This document shows, in pieces, positions 8,638-9,893 of a stretch of 9,893 nucleotides of DNA. A program made the translations under genes and the position numbers. Numbering within the stretch: position 1 is the stretch's first letter; every line of letters begins with the position of its first letter. The notes under the pieces are model-generated. The model ran no database searches, had not been told where the DNA came from, and was given only the letters and a program-made list of their open reading frames with translations. Origin of the DNA: Azolla caroliniana (lineage: Eukaryota > Plantae > Polypodiophyta); contig JBHGNT010001313.1 of assembly GCA_043228905.1 (NCBI GenBank), positions 1 to 9,893 of the forward strand, read 5' to 3'.

Positions 8638-8988
8638 ATGAGAAGTGCTCTTCCTACCGAGAAATTCGACAGAAACAACTTTGCATCTTGGGAGTACAAG
8701 ATGCACCAATACCTTGTTGGCCAAGGCTATTGGAGTTACATCAAAGGAGCACAAGAAAATCAACCCAACCTAGCACATGTCGGCCACCTAGCTTGGGAGC
8801 AAGCAGCGAGTTGCGTGCTCTATTGCCTTGCATCATGCGTCCATGATCACATGTTTGACTACATCCGAGAGGCCAAAACGCCAAAAGGTGCGTGGGGGAA
8901 CCTCAAAAAGGTATTTGCGACCAACACAACCACACGAAAGCTTCAACTCCAACAAGAATTGAACAACATACAATAGAGGGATATGTCT
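8638..8988 (+). pseudogene. gag: Copia gag N-terminus (DUF4219 + start of UBN2/Retrotran_gag_2), with premature stop and truncation
   Basis: KFDRNNFASWEYKMHQYLVGQGYWSYI...REAKTPKGAWGNLKKVF...RKLQLQQELNNIQ is a typical Copia gag. TAG at 8974-8976 is probably a former CAG; the frame continues RDMS before unrelated sequence begins. Confidence 0.9.
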
Positions 8989-9006
8989 TGAGGGATATGT
9001 CTTGAG
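8976..9006. repeat. 14-bp tandem duplication at the gag breakpoint
   Basis: GAGGGATATGTCTT occurs at 8976-8989 and 8990-9003, followed by GAG. Confidence 0.92.
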
Positions 9007-9893
9007 TGAGCAAGCTCAACATGGGCCGGATCGGCTGAACAAGCCGAGAGCCGGATCCACGCGTGAGTCGGTAGGCCATTAGAAGTCTACGATCCTAGAC
9101 TACTAGGTAGTTATATTCCTAGCAGTTAGTGTCAGTAGCTCAGCTATGAGCATTGAATTACTTGTCAGTACTTCTGACCATCCTTCATGGACTTGTATAA
9201 AAGTGCTCAGTGAGCACATTTGTATATACATAGAGTATTATTTTTGAAATTGAGTTTTTTGTTGGGAAATAGGTCCCTTCGGATGGGAAGAGTATGAGCC
9301 AAATCGAATAGAGAGTAGATAGGAAATTCGGCCAAGGCCGAAAATCGACAAATCGAATGATCGATTTAATAGCCGATTTGGGAGACTAATTTTGTAAATA
9401 GTCTTAATGTAAATAGCCTAGAAAGTTAAATTTAGTATAAATACAACTAGGGAAAACTTTATGGAGTTGAGTTGAATCATTTTGTAGTTAATCATAGTTG
9501 TATAGTTATTGACGAGGTCATTGCCTCTATAACTGTGTGTGTGAGAGAGTGAGAGTTAGTGAATATCTACTTTGTAACCGTCTATCTGTCAGACGAAGAA
9601 GATCTCGAGGTCGTTGCTTTAGAGTTTCTTATTGTACTTCCTCTCGACATAGTGATTTAGTTTGGAGTTTGAGGTTTTTCCCATTCAGGTTTTCCACATT
9701 AAATATCTTGTACTTCTGTTTTCTGTTTCTCCTTCTGTCTGAGCATTGTCTTACTCGTTTCTTTGCACCCGAATACGTATACGAGAAACCGGTTGTGGCT
9801 GATCATGATCCTAACATTTTTGTGTTATGCTCTCTCTATCTCTCTCGCATACTGTGTGTTCTCTCTCCATTGTTTTCTTTGGGTTTTCTGTTG
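9003..9893 (+). mobile_element. Second LTR-like sequence interrupting the Copia gag, itself split by a solo LTR and running off the window
   Basis: Non-coding and starts TGAGTGAGCAAGCTCAACA, with a GC-rich U3-like part and TATAAAA at 9196-9202. It resumes at 9822 as a CT-rich R/U5-like tract. It does not match the LTR at 7877-8487. Confidence 0.5.
9260..9816 (+). mobile_element. 557-bp solo LTR (Copia-type) with 5-bp TSD
   Basis: Termini TGTTGGGA...TCCTAACA are 7/8 inverted, with TSD TTTTT at 9255-9259 and 9817-9821. TATAAATA is at 9436-9443, and GGTTTTTCCC..GGTTTTCCAC at 9673-9697 resembles the U5 motif of Tnt1-like Copia LTRs. No PBS follows the CA. Confidence 0.85.

Larger units (their letters stand above)
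7877..8988 (+). mobile_element. Ty1/Copia LTR retrotransposon, 5' portion (LTR + PBS + truncated gag)
   Basis: An LTR-like block ending ...TTTACA(8487) is followed directly by a PBS, a short leader and a gag ORF from 8638. The element is interrupted at about 8988. Confidence 0.85.

Noticed and set aside
8264-8846. ORFs 8264..8470, 8323..8508, 8467..8763 and 8529..8846
   Set aside because: These are microsatellite translations or alternative frames over the Copia leader and gag.

Overview
AT-rich land-plant nuclear DNA; the retroelement gag sequences suggest a non-seed plant such as a fern, but this is not certain. The one intact host gene is a 4-exon cytosolic 60S ribosomal protein L35 (uL29) on the + strand, join(773..776,1230..1365,2071..2227,2336..2410), 123 aa. 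Upstream of it are a (TACA)n/(AT)n microsatellite, a 26-bp near-perfect palindrome, a telo-box and a 43-nt pyrimidine tract. Downstream lies transposon-derived sequence: a 94-bp tandem duplication, a 276-bp non-autonomous hAT-type element with an 8-bp TSD, A/C-rich low-complexity DNA, and a nest of LTR retroelements. The nest comprises a decayed Gypsy-like gag, a Copia 5' LTR + PBS + truncated gag, a second LTR-like sequence, and a 557-bp solo LTR with a TTTTT TSD. Nearly all ORFs in the six-frame track are spurious. I see no convincing new biological system. The best leads are C/D-box-like repeats in RPL35 intron 2, candidate unproductive splice sites in intron 1, the promoter palindrome and the TE nesting.
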